DNA of 64,000 bases from Massalongia carnosa. Its lineage: Eukaryota. This document shows, piece by piece, positions 12,428 to 25,609 of the stretch. Numbering within the stretch: position 1 is the stretch's first letter; every line of letters starts with the position of its first letter. Under the pieces are notes generated by a model. It searched no databases. It was not told the DNA's origin and saw only the letters and a program-made list of their open reading frames with translations. The DNA lies in contig OZ287071.1 of the NCBI GenBank assembly GCA_965645245.1, positions 806,001 to 870,000 on the forward strand, written 5' to 3'. A program made the translations under genes and the position numbers.

Positions 12428-13912
12428 AGATTATGTCACGAGTTACCTGCAATGGCCGCGCCGAAACTTGAAATGTGGTTCGGAGATTTCTAGGATGCAA
12501 GCATAGACTTTTCGAATCAGTACTGGGGAGGGGAAGATAGAAATCGTAGAAGTCTATTCCAAACAGCTAGCTTCTTAAAAGTTAGAGAACCTAGTCCAAC
12601 ACAGAGTGAATGAAAGCGTACTGGGACGAACTCAGAGACTAAACACGACTAGAGTTCTTGAAGCATGTTGCATTATCAATGGCGAGGTGCAGGGTGCACG
12701 TAGCCGATCTCGAACGGCACGTCTTGGTAAAATCTTCTGTTGATCGCCTGTAAGAGGCAGCTTTTGATACCCCCACTGTCGTTCATAGAATCCAACCGAA
12801 TGTTTGAGGGTTGTAATTTAAGGCTTTTGTTGAGTGGCCAAAGTTGCGATTGAGACAGGTCAGCCTGACGCAACGAAATGATCTATCTTGTTAATTATAA
12901 GGTAGGATGTTGATGTGTTCTTGGGGGAAACTGAATGTTGAAGATTGGTGGAGTTCGCCGCTGCAGCTAACTCCTGTCGGGAATCCGGTTCAAAAATAGG
13001 TCATCAACAAAGATCGACAGGGACTGCGGAGAGGTTGGGGAGCGTGGCTGGGCCAGAAGTGATGATTAGACTGATAGCAAAAGATTCTCAAACGAGTGTT
13101 CGGGGGGATCAAGAGTCCTTCAAGAACGATTTCTTGAAGTACTCTGTAGAAAAAGCACGATACAAGACAGATTCATAGATTTGCAAAGGAGAGGGTAGTC
13201 TGTAGATCCCGATTGTCAATGATGGTTAGGACCGTCTGGTATTCCGTAACTATGTCACTTTGTAATAAGGGATCGGTATGTTGCATCGACCTCCCGTGGA
13301 CCGAATCAGTACATCTAAACCCTTTCGGGTTAAATGCATGATAACCATCCATGACTTGATCGTATTATTGGGTTTCCAAAATACCGTGCAGTTACAATAC
13401 TAATACTGCCATGCGTATCGATACGGAGATTGTAGAGTACTTTAAAGGTAAATGTAACTCGCCCACAATCAGTTTGTTTAGCCATTCTAAAATTTATCCA
13501 AAATGCTCTGTACAGATTAACAACCACCTATGACTTTGATCAGCCGCCGTGTTTCCGATACCTTAGCCAGTGGTCTTTGAGTCGTCTTAAGGCTTGACCG
13601 AAGTCCTGCAAGCCAGCACAAGCGTGGAGACGAACACCACACTCCAGGTGTTGGGGCTGGATGACTAACTTATTTAGGACTGCTGGTGAAACCGAAGTGA
13701 ACACACTAAGTGTTAGACAGTCTTTACTCTGGAGGGAGTTTTCTGAGATTACAGAGTCCGTTCAGAGTACTGTTACCGTCTTCCGTAACTACAGCACTCA
13801 TCAATGCCCGAGGACGAGCGCTGTCCCGAGCTGTCTCACATCATTCATATCCCCCCATACGGAGATAGATACATACCTCGATACTCATATTTGAGTTCCA
13901 CCTCAAAGAGAC

Positions 13913-15202
13913 ATGCTGCTGCCCAATTGGCTCCTATGTTGCAGCGTAGAGCTAGTTGCTGCTGCTCTATCTGCGTTCACGAGCACGCCTTTACAACATG
14001 CAGTGCGCCTAGGACCTGGTGCAAGTCTTTTGCAAAAAAATCCCTTGTTCTCATTGCATCGATCGCTAATCGAAATCGAGTCTACGTCAGGTTCTGAGCA
14101 CGTCATTGGCAAATATCTTGAATCGTACCTGACTGCCCATAACTTTACCGTTGAGAAACAGGCAGTCAAATCCTTATTAACAAGCTCCAGTATTTTCGGT
14201 CAAGCAGTCACAGACGAGAGATTCAATATATTAGCTTATGTGGGAGAGAAGCGGAATACTCGCGTTCTCCTTTCAAGTCACATTGATGCTGTGCCCCCTT
14301 ACTTCCCGTACGAGGTTCATAAAGGTGATCAAGTATGGGGAAGAGGAAGCGTGGACGCAAAAGCTTGCGTTGCTGCTCAAATTCAGGCTATGGAAGAGCT
14401 GTTAACGTCCGGTGACGTTGAGGAAGGCGACGTCGGTTTACTCTTCGTGGTGGGCGAGGAAGTCAGCGGCGATGGCATGCGGAAAGCCAACGATTTTGGT
14501 TTGGAGTGGGAGGCTGTCATTTTCGGTGAGCCCACGGAGCTGAAGCTTGCCTCAGGTCATAAAGGGGGAGTGGTGTTTACCATCACGGCCACTGGAAAGG
14601 CTGGGCACAGCGGCTACCCCTGGCTAGGGGAAAACGCAAATTCGATGCTCCTTCCTGCCTTGCTAGCTCTCGAGAAGCTGGAACTCCCGCACTCCGAAAA
14701 GTATGGAAATAGCACGTTGAATATTGGAAAAGTCGAGGGAGGCGTGGCGGCCAATGTTATTGCTGAAAGTGCAAAAGCAGACGTGATGATCCGTGTTGCT
14801 GATGGAAGTGCCGAACACATTAAAAGTCTTGTTCGTGAAGTGGTCAAGGATGTGGATGATAGACTTGAAATTCACTTTCGAGCGAAAGGATATGGTCCTG
14901 TGTATATCGACAGCGATGTTGAAGGTTTGGCCCTTTGTCGCTTACGTTCCTGGATGTTCTTTTGATTTTGATAACATCATGCACTGACCCAGCTCTCTCT
15001 TTTAGGATTTCAGACCATAACTGTCAATTACGGCACTGACATCCCAAATCTATACGGTAACCACAAACGATATCTCTACGGCCCAGGCTCGATTTTAGTC
15101 GCTCATTCAGATCACGAACATTTGACTTTTGATAATCTCCTGGAAGCCGTCAAGGGCTACAAGAAGTTGGTTTTAGCCGCGCTTAGTCGGAGAGGTGGTT
15201 GA
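13913..15202 (+). CDS. M20A-family metallopeptidase (acetylornithine deacetylase-like), probably secreted; one intron at about 14926-15005
   Basis: Motifs SSHIDAV, GRGSVDAK, VGEE, FGEPT, GKAGHSGYP. Second exon reads TVNYGTD...YGPGSILVAHSDHE. Hydrophobic N-terminus. Confidence 0.92.
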
Positions 15203-16778
15203 CTCTTTATCAACGGAGTAGTAACTAGATATGTTAAACGCTTAGAGAGCAGCTTGCACTTTATTTACCACATACTGAGTATACCGTTGTGTTACCATAT
15301 ACGGCCTGAAAGGATGTCTAAATCATGCATTGTTCTGACAGCGTTAATTTATAATCAATCCTCATCATTCTCATTCATTCACAGCTCAGACAGTCCTTCA
15401 AAGTCCAAAGGTCATGGTTCCCCTAGTTTCCAGGGCTATGGAGGATGAGCCCTCAACATCATGATATTAATAAGCTTGTCAGGTTCAAGATATAGCTAAA
15501 CGGCACCTCTAAACTCAAATCGTCTCTGTGCCCCCACGACTATTAGCAGCCATCCTCAAATTCGTTTGGGACTGGCCTGACAACACCTGGACTTTTGGGG
15601 GGGATCCAACAATTTTTTCTACAAGTGACATGTAGACAAGTTCCCATTAGAGTTACATATCTAAATCCTCACTACTCCTATATATTTTTATTATTAATTC
15701 ATTAAGCGTATGCATCCTAAGGATATGACGCTGTGACTGCTATTTATGTACATAAACAACAGTCAGGAATTAGAAACCTGGCCCCCAGGGTAAAACCACT
15801 CCCTTATTCCCATATTGAACGCAACGAAATCGTTCTTCTACCACGCGGTGCATACACTCAGATCTTCAAGCGCTAGGAATCCTGTAGACTCGATGAACTA
15901 CTCAGTGTATCTCCACACGTTCGACGAACGAACGTTCTCTCTCTTTAACCGTTTTGACTCAATGAAGGAAAGACTGGCCGTGATCGAGGGCAGATCGTGG
16001 TGTCGTATAAATGAAGGTGTGGAAGTGTGGCCATTCCGAATGAATGGGCTTTGTATGCCTTCGAAATGGTGAATGATCAGTAGAGACGTTGATCGTTCAA
16101 ACGGCCACCAAGGTGGGCTTCCGCGTTGGCGATGATCAGATATCGGCCACCTCCGAGGAGGTGTTGATAGCCTGCACCACCACGTAGAGGTTTCTGACCT
16201 AGCAGGCCTCTACTCCTATAAATAAGCATTCATAATTCATGAAACCCATCAGCAATCGAGACTCAAGGCACCCCTATCGACACATCCAGAGAGTCCCTTC
16301 AAAGATTCGCTGCAACAGATCAAGCCGTGGTGAGGTGAACACGCTCTCAACTAAGCTTTACCGTGAAAGCACAAGAGTGTTATCCATCGAGATGACAAAA
16401 ACTGCAGATGTAGTTTTACAGCAAAGTCACAGTGCCAGCTACGCGGCACGGATACCTCATGGAATCCCAATATGTACTGTCGAATACCCTGAAATCCAGA
16501 GAAAACCCATCCCACCTAGAGAAGGGGGGGAAAGAAATCCATACCCACCCCTCCCAATCTCCCACGAAAAGGGAACCTCATCCATTCATCCTCAGACAAA
16601 ATGAGCCATCTCCGGCGTGCCGCGTGGCTTGTAAGCACAACAGCTAAAAACGAAATGCTAATAACACCAGTCCCTCCTTCATAATCCCAGATATTACTCC
16701 AAAATACGCTATTGCTAGACCCGGTTCAGAACCCCCCTAGATTTCCGTAAATATCTCCAGATTCTGCTCTTCCCCTCT

Positions 16779-18831
16779 CTAGCAGAAAAGTTTGTACGCT
16801 TTCTTCCACTTCGGCCACGTAGCCATCTCCAGTCTCTCCTCCGCCTTCAGTTCCGCGAGGTTCAGCTCCCGGATCCCGGTCTTCAAATCCATCTGACCAC
16901 ACCGCATGATAGACGTTTTGTAATATAGTTTGTAGGAAATAAAACATAGTAGCACAATGGGCGCGGCAAGATACGCTTGGAAGAAATTCTCAGTCAGCGC
17001 CGCAAGCCCAGAAAGGGGATGGCCGGTCTGGGGTGCCGGGGGTGAGAAACCCGTCCAGAATTGCGCAATGAGCACGAGGATATTGAAAATGAAACCGATC
17101 CAAGAGCCAGCGACCCCCGCTTGAGACTTGAACGCCAAATCATCGAGGGAGCGGCCCTGAAGACCCCAGGCCCTGCGGAACCGAATATGGGCCAAGCAGA
17201 TGGAGCCCCACGTGAATATGGACGAAAGACCACTGAGGGACTGCATCCAAACGAACGCTTTGTCTTCAGAGTTGGAGGCGGCGAGGAAGGCGAGGAAGCC
17301 AAAGGCCGAGGAGAGCATGATGGAGAATACAGGCCGGCCATTACGGTCAATGTAGGAGAATATCTTCGGGGCTTGGCCTTGCTCCGACAAAGCGGTAAGG
17401 GTACGCGAGGAACCATAGATGGAAGAATTGCCAACGGAAAGCACGGCGATCATAATAACGACGTTCATAACGGAGTCAAGGCCGTGGATTCCAGCATTGT
17501 GGATGGCGATCACAAATGGGGATGCTTTAGCGTCGGAGGAGGATTGTCCTATGAGTCGAGGCTCATTGTATGGGACCAAGAGACCGACGAGGGCCAACGA
17601 GACGATGTAGAAGAGGCAAATACGCCAGAAGACCTGCTTCACGGCGGTTGGAAGGGATTTACGAGGATTGGCGGTCTCAGCTGCAGCTAGACCGACGAGT
17701 TCTGTTCCGGCAAAAGCGAAGGATGCCGTCACGAAGACGGAGCAGAGACCTTTAAAGCCATTGTTGAACGCCCCAGGGTTATGCCAATACATTCCCCCGA
17801 TATAGCTACCGTTTTTACCCCCACCAATATTAAGGATGATACCCAGAATGCTGATGGCGACATTAGAGGGGCCATTTGATGCCGGGGGAAAGACTTACAT
17901 GAAACCAATGACCGCAATAACTTTGATGATGGAAAAGATGAATTCTGCCTCACCGTACGCTCGGACTCCAAAGAAATTGATACTAATAATCAAAGTAAGA
18001 AAGACTGCAACCCAGGCAGCCGGTGAAATGGGCGAATTCCAGTATTTGACGGTTATTGCAGCAGCAACAACCTCGAGTGGGAGAGCAATCAGCCATTGCA
18101 AACAGTAATTCCATCCCATGGCGAAACCCCATGCGGGGTCTAGAAAGCGGGTAGAGTAAGCAGAGAAGGATCCAGCAACGGGGAACAAGACTGCCATTTC
18201 ACCCAAAGCGTGGACCGTACAGTACAGCATGATGCCGATGAAGCTGTAGCCGATGAGCAGCGCTGCTGGGCCACCGTTTGAGAGAGCCTTCCCGGATCCA
18301 ACAAAAAGGCCGGTACCTACAAAATCAGTAATGCACCATTTTTACCATAAGGTTTCCCTTACCAATCGAACCACCAATAGCAATCATTTGTAGATGTCGC
18401 CCCTTCAGCTTCCTTGCCAAAGTCGTATTGGCAGTCGCCCGCGCGGCGCCTTCAAGATCGAAGACCTTTCCATTTGCACCGAGCGTACCTACCGGCGTCG
18501 CATGAGCATTGGGGTCTCGCTGGAAGCTTTCCCACACCCGCATTGGGATACTGCGTTTTTTTCGCTCATCATCGTAATTGGGTTCTATTATTCCGAAAGA
18601 GCTAGAAACAGGAGATGATTTCGGTGACGTTTTGGAGGGTTTCGACTGGGATTTGTATGGGGTGTCATCAAGGGTCTCATCAAAGGTGCTGTCGGGGCCA
18701 TTCCTAGGGCTTTCGGCGGAACCTTTCTCAAGACTGTTGTCGAGACTGTTGTCGAGACTGTCGTCAGGACTGCTGTCGGGACTGGTTGCCGATCCCTCAT
18801 GGGATGTTTTTACGATGCTGTTGTCGGCCAT
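16779..18831 (-). CDS. general amino acid permease (YAT/APC family, GAP1-like), spliced
   Basis: Motifs LKGRHLQMIAIGGSIG, LGEMAVLFPVAGSF, YGEAEF, FAFAGTELVGLAAAE; 2 introns. Confidence 0.95.
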
Positions 18832-21244
18832 GGGTATTGATAGGTAGCGGTGGATCGGCCGCTACCGGCTCCTCTTGCTACGTTATATCCAAGATAGGCA
18901 ACTTTGGTGGCTCATATACCCAGTCTTTCGGCTCGATGTCAAACGCTCAACGGTACGAAGATAATCTGCTTGATAATATGACGGGCTAGATGAAGAGGAA
19001 TTGGTTGTTTAAAAGGACGGACTGGTGCGTGGATTTGATCAAGTTGAATGCGCATGCTCACGCATGCTTTGAGTAAGTGTGTAAGATCGGTCTTATCTTG
19101 GACCCAGTGCGATAGAGATGCCCAGAAACGCTAGGAAGTTTGGTGGACGGGTTCCATGGCTCTGGTAACCTACAAAGATGAACGGGGGGAGTAATGCGGA
19201 GGGACGAGAAGGATGAGAGGGACGAGAGAGATAGCGACGGATTGTGGCTGATCTTCGGAGGAAAGGCAGTTGCACGTATGGACGAGCCTTCATCACGATC
19301 GTGATAGAGGCTGAGGCTCAGCCATAAGAGCAACCGTGAAGAACGAGGAATAGTCCGTGCTTACCTCAGCTTATTTGCCCCTTAGAAAACAAAACTACCA
19401 TCTCACCATTCGGGCTAGCGCTAATAGGAATCGTACCTACATGAATGAGTTACGAGTACAGAGTACTCTGTACCGTGCATTGAAGTGGGGGAACGAAGAC
19501 CATTCGAGAAACACTGCTAACAAACCTAACTGTTAAATAACCAAGGGCAAGCCAAACCCTAACGTTCCTTCAAGCCCTGCCTCTGCACATCATCCCGCCT
19601 CTTCCTCGGCCATCGGGAAGCGCATCAGGGAGTGGGGTAGGGATGATGATGAGGAATACGTAACCAATTGGCAGGGTACGGCCAGAAACGAGAAAGTTTG
19701 CTGACACAGATCGGCCTTGCAAGCTTGCATCCCGGGCTTTGAACCCTACTTTGCCCTACCTAACGTATTCTCGTGGTCATATCGACATTAGTTATAACCT
19801 GGGTAACTAAACCTTATCGACTGGTTCAAGTTGCAAACGCTTGGATTGGCCTCCTCCGTACGGAGTACGGAGGTGCCTACATCGTTCCATGTGCATCTAT
19901 CGCCCAGACTCAATCCAGTCAATCTGATTAGATGCCGTCTTTCCCCCAAGATTTGCCTGGCTCTGCTACTTCAGACAATTCTATTATTTCTGTAGGATGC
20001 CCAGACTTTGTTGGGCGGTGAGAGTAAGCCTTTCAAAGACATAGAGCTTACTTAGTTATCCCGGGTTTTCTTGTAGAGCGCCAAAACTTTCATCGTCCAC
20101 AAATTGACTGATTATTAGCTGTCTGAGGTTTGAGGGAAGTGCCCACAACAGCATTATATCAGTGTTTAACGATAAGATATCCTACCTAGGCTCAGCGGAA
20201 GAACAAGCGTGTGGAGCTCGGTCGTTTCAGAAGAGCGAGATGGTCGGAGATTCAGCCCGCCTTTGGATTCGAGAGTTCTATAGAAAATATTCCATGTATT
20301 CATGTACCTCTGGGAAATCCTTTCAAACTTTGAGATTCAAATGATAAGAAATTTAAATGGAGACACGTGGCTTGTGGAAGACTTCTTCTTACCAGATGTC
20401 TGGGTTTCAAGGGTAAAGCTAGTCAAATTCAACTTAAGATACTCGTAAATGAACCGATAATAAGAAATCGAAGATTAAAAGCTTGTTAGCTAGATTATCG
20501 AATTGCTTTAACTTTATCGGAAAGCATCCCTCAACGACCTACTTGCCGCAAAGTATGTTTTGTATACATCGTTCAGATAATCAGCTGTTGACGAGGCACA
20601 TATCAGTCTATGGTTACAGGATACGTCAATTTGTTCTCCTATAAAAAGAACGAAGTCCTCACAGGAGATGGGTCTTATGGCTAAAACAATAAGCATATGT
20701 AAAAACAAGCAAATCCCTTCGTTCAGCGGACATCTAGTACAGCTACTTCACGCTCGGCTTCCAAGCTGACCGAAGTTATTAAATATCAATATCTCTCGCA
20801 GCGGCAGCTACAGGATAAAACTCCAATTTTCTTAGCTTATCAAGCGCCTTGATTGCATGACTATAAGCTTCCATGAAACCTTACTTTTGAAACAACTATT
20901 GGAGGCTCGTTGGATATGAATAGCATTCATAAAATAAGTGACCTTGCAAGATGTTTCAAAAACATCATATTCTACGAGTATAAAGAGAGAAAGAGCGGAT
21001 GAAAAAAACATATTAAGGATTGATACTAACAACCTTACGGCTTACTGACCAAGGATAGATTTGCTGACCCGATATTTCCATCTTCCTTTACATATATAGT
21101 GCATTTAAATACAACGTAGCGTGCAATCCCAAGCCCAATAACTGCACTGAAGATAGAAAGTATAATACACTAATCTTTTCCGACTTTTTAAATGCTGTAG
21201 GCAGTTATATCCATAAGAAAAGAAGATACGACGGCGAATGAATC

Positions 21245-22140
21245 TCACAATAACACAAGCGCTAGGGCTGCAGCGCCAGCAGCACCGATGCCCTGTTCGA
21301 TGCGTTGACCTGCAGAGGTACCCGTCGAAGTTGCTCTTGCGGACGAAGAGCTTTGTCTCACTGCGCTGGAAGAACCTAGCAAAGACTGTTAACTTGAATC
21401 CACGCGTCCACACCACCCAACATACCAGCAGTGGTTGCAGTAGCAGAATTCTGGCTAGCAGAAACACTTGATGACGAGCTTTGTTTCGAGGCTGCAGATC
21501 CTGACGAGGAACCTGATACCACAGAAGAGCTAGACACAATGGTGGAACTTGACGGAGCAGAAGACGCCAACGCTACGGAGGAAGCTGATTGAACGGAAAT
21601 CGATTTTGCAGACGTTGAACCGGTGCTTGAGACTATACTTCCGCCTGTAGCAGTAGCATCGGCAGCGCAACTCGCAGCTGTTGGGACTGTTACTTTGGCA
21701 CTAGGAGGCCCGAGAATTAGTATATTAAAAACTCTAGGTCTCAATGGCCATTTGTTGGTAAGAATCATTTGGCAAGACTTACGATTTACATAACTCCATA
21801 GCGATTTGAATTGTCGCTATCAGATTGGCGTTAGCAATTATCAAAATCTAGTCTTCCTAGTTTACTTACTCTGCTGGTCCGTATCCGAGCACTTAGTTTT
21901 AACACAACAAGAGATTCCAGATATCCAGGTAGAGCTGCTGCAGATACATTTAATATCGACTACGCTGCATTCAGACGGAAGGCTGGTCGCACAAGGTCTC
22001 TGGAGTGCGATCAGATTTCAGATTTAGGGGAACTCTCGATGAAAACTTACGGCGCAATCGGGCAAATCGCCTAGGCCGACTCCCAGGGCCGTAGGCAAAG
22101 CGGCAATGGCAAACAGGCATACATGGAGGTATGAAATCAT
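21245..22140 (-). CDS. CFEM-domain, Ser/Thr-rich, probably GPI-anchored cell-surface protein, spliced
   Basis: Manual splicing gives a signal peptide (MISYLHVCLFAIAAL), the CFEM cysteine pattern LPDCA/.PC...C...DIKCIC...CC...CS...Q/...C, an S/T-rich stalk and the hydrophobic tail GIGAAGAAALALVLL*. Confidence 0.82.
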
Positions 22141-22523
22141 CCTGGTGAATTGAAATTGAATGGCGAGCGTTGAATGGAGTATAATTATCGTATGTATGGA
22201 GAGTCTTGCATGAACAGAAACACGGTCGTAAGGGAGTAGTTATGGAGAAAGTAAAAGCGAAATTAAACCTATGACAGAGCCTAATATGAACTACGGGATT
22301 TCCCGGTGATACGCCGAACCCGGTGAGAACGCCAAAATTTCTAAATTTCGTTCCTCAGTACCCAGACATGCTGTGGCTCAGCCTTCGCCTTTATTAACCT
22401 TTTCCGGTTAACTCGGAGCTAACTTATTTAGCCTACAAGTCTAACTTTTTATAGTTAGGCTTTGCTTACTAACTTCGCTGTGCAAGCACGTTCTGAGGGC
22501 AAAACTTAATGAGAAAATGTTTT

Positions 22524-22919
22524 ACCGGTCAACTGTTCTTTAGGAAGATCTAGTATTCGTAGAAGTATCGGATTACTTGGTTTTTCTTCCTCAAAAGGTT
22601 TTCCATGTATAATATAATCCCATAGACTTGTATAGGCACAAACAACTATCGACTACTTACCGACTCATCCAGAGCGATGAAACTAGTCACCGCTTGGTTA
22701 ATGAAGACCGGCTTACTGACTCAGTTCTCAATGACAGCACAGCATTTATATCATTGACAACCACACGTCAAGTCGCTAAAAGACGACTTTCCTTTCCTTT
22801 AACCTGTCACCGGTCAACTGTTCTTCAGATAGATCCCTCGACCGAGACTCGAAAAGTATTCGGAGAGATGTCGGATTACTTGGTTTTTCTTCCTTAAAAG
22901 GTTTTCCATGTATTATATA
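22524..22919. repeat. imperfect direct repeat of about 100 bp (22524-22619 and 22809-22919)
   Basis: Shared blocks accggtcaactgttctt and tcggattacttggtttttcttcct(c/t)aaaaggttttccatgtat. Confidence 0.85.
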
Positions 22920-25471
22920 ATCGTCGGCTCGTTTAGCTCCGTTGGATCCGACTAAAAGGCGTTCGCCTTTTAGTCGGGGAAAGCGAAGCATCCCGGCAAG
23001 CGATGCATCCTGCCAAAATCAGAAAATTTTCAACTTTTTCAACTTTTCTCAGCAACCACCTTGATTTATTGATTCTAAATTTCATGAAAAGCTCGAAAGG
23101 CATCGTCATCATCAAAGCCGTGATTAAAATCATCCCCCTGACCCCCCTGACCCCCCTGATCCCCCTGACTATTCTGATCATTCTGATCTTCCGCATACCC
23201 CGCATACCCCGCATCTTCCCCATCCCAAGCATCTCCCGGTTCGAAACCTAGATCGAAAGATACGAAATCATCACGCAGCCATGCTTCTTCTTCTGGAATG
23301 TCCGGGATATCTACATTTCTAGTCCCAGCCTCATCTACAATAAACGTGACGTCTTCTTCATAGTTGGCATTGGCACTGGCACGTGGATTCTTCCTGGCTT
23401 CCTTTTTCGCCTCCTCAGCTATCCACACATGATTCGTCGCCTTCCATAATGCCTCGGGGTCAGGAATTGCCTCATACATCTCAGCTGGAATGGCACCGAA
23501 TCCTTTCTGCATTTCTTTCAGTCTTTTGACGCGATCTCTTTCTGCCTTTCGAGCAGCAACCCCCTTGACATGAATGTCGTCTCTTTCACCTCGCCATAAT
23601 CTCATGAAGTTATTGTCCGCCCGTTTCTTCTCAGCCTCCTCTTCCTGTCGAGTTTTTATGGCTATAGCTTCATCCGCATCTTCCTTTGTAAGTCCCAATT
23701 TTCCTGTTTCGGGCTTCAATCGCTTGCGAGATAGTTTCCGACCATGCAACTGTTGCATTCTTGTCTTTTGCCACATTGTCAGTTCTGCCTCTTTGAGAAT
23801 CGATTTCGAAACGACTTCGCTAGTGTTGGTGACGAAGGAATTAAATTCCTCAGCACGGACAGGATCGCTCCATTGCATGAATTTCTGAATTTTAGGACCC
23901 CATTCCTGAAAACCATACTCTATATCAGCTATTTCCTGAGGATGAGTTCGACGAGGTAGCAGTGGCAACTTAGGATCAGTCTCGACTAGATCAGAATCAG
24001 GATTGAAAACTTTCAAAAGTTTGACGCATTGCTTCAGATTAATAGGCCACATTCCCGACTTTTCAAAAGCATGTCGAATTGTAGAAGGCTTGAATGTCTG
24101 ATTCTGATTTTGCCGAGATCTTGCAGAAATTGAGTCAAAGAATAATCAATAAATGACTTCGCAACAAATTCCGAAATAGCTTTGTCATGCCAATGTTTAT
24201 AAGGCTCAAATACGCCTACATCCAATGGTTGCATGCAATGAGTCAAATGCGGAATAAATGGAAAGGGACGAATCCGATTCTCATTAGCCAATTTGACAAA
24301 TTCAGGAGTTATATGACTGCCATGATTATCCATCAGCAGCAATTTCCAATCCGCATCAGGTCCGCAATCTGTGTGCTTGATGAGATGCTGCAGATATTCA
24401 ATCCCTATCTTATCAGATGTAAAACCACTGTTCGAAGGTACGATACGTGTGCCCTGCGGCAAATCTTCTGAAAACCAGGTAGCCATGATGTCATGCCCTT
24501 GTATGATAATCATGGGAGGGGGGGGGAAATCGCCGGCGGCATTTATTGTCTCCATGATGGTCGCAGATCTGCGGTTTTCCGGGCTAACAGCGTAAAATTG
24601 TCTGATATCTGGGGGAAGCAGAACTTCCTGCCCCTTCATGCAGCCGATACGAAACCCCGCCTCATCGAAATTCAGAATGTTTCGTCGATGACGAATTTCC
24701 AATTCTTCTAAAACAAGCTTATAATTTTCAAACCATTGCATCAAACCTGATTCGTGGGCTGCTTCAAAACGTGTCATTGGCAATGGTTTTGTCTTTATTT
24801 TATGAAGACCGCTACTTTTCCACCAACTCCGAAACCATCTTTGAGATGGACCTACGAAGGCAGGATCATGAGCTCTCTTCAGACTTCCAATTGCATTGAA
24901 AACAATCTGATGTGTAGGCGGAATTCCATGTGCCAATAAAGATCGAATAAATTGATCAAGAGCTCTTATTTCATGATCCTTCATCATTCGATTTTGTCCT
25001 CCCTTTTTCGTTCTAGAATTCCGTCGAATAGAGGCCGTCAATGTTTTGACATTGAGGCCAAAAATTATCGCTGCCGTGGTCTTGCTTTCGGATGGATGTT
25101 CCTCCAAAAATTGCTTCGCCTCTTCCAATGAGGTGAGGGGGGTGAGGGGGGCGGCGTTGGAACGATCCATGGTTGGTTTGGCAGACTGAAAATGCGACGA
25201 AGGTTAAATGCTGGAAATGCGACGGAGGCGATACAGTGCTGCAAATGAGGTAATTGAGAAGTTATTTTACCGAATAAATGCTGCAATGGCTATACGTATC
25301 AATTTTCGAAATTTAGAATCAATAAATCAAGGTGGTTGCTAAGAAAAGTTGAAAAAGTTGAAAATTTTCTGATTTTGGCAGGATGCATCGCTTGCCGGGA
25401 TGCTTCGCTTTCCCCGACTAAAAGGCGAACGCCTTTTAGTCGGATCCAACGGAGCTAAACGAGCCGACGAT
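22920..25471 (-). mobile_element. complete pogo/Fot1-family DNA transposon, copy B (2552 bp; 164-bp TIRs at 22920-23083 and 25308-25471; TA target duplication)
   Basis: The TIRs differ at only one position that I found. TA lies at 22918-19 and 25472-73. The internal transposase has NFDEAGF / MDNHGSH / QPLD (DD35D). Confidence 0.97.
23075..25170 (-). pseudogene. pogo/Fot1 transposase (about 698 aa if repaired) with a single 1-nt frameshift near 24103
   Basis: ORFs 24034-25170 and 23075-24052 join if one A is restored (KIRNQTFKPSTIRHAFEKSGMWP, matching copy A). Confidence 0.88.
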
Positions 25472-25609
25472 TACGGAGTAATGCAATTACCTTGGTTTGA
25501 TAACACCCGATTTGCGCGTTGTCACGATATTCATCTCTAGAATGTGTCAGACCACACAGCATTACATAGAATCTTGCAATAAACTCTTCTGGGCTCCGTA
25601 GATTGTGGG

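Noticed and set aside
17061..17690. Long antisense ORFs (also 26613-27146, 37482-38087, 43022-43549, 49407-49937, 62600-63112)
   Set aside because: Shadow ORFs opposite well-supported genes.
24095..24110. Programmed ribosomal frameshift in the pogo transposase
   Set aside because: There is no slippery heptamer. Copy A is in frame here and is broken elsewhere, so decay or a sequencing error is more likely.
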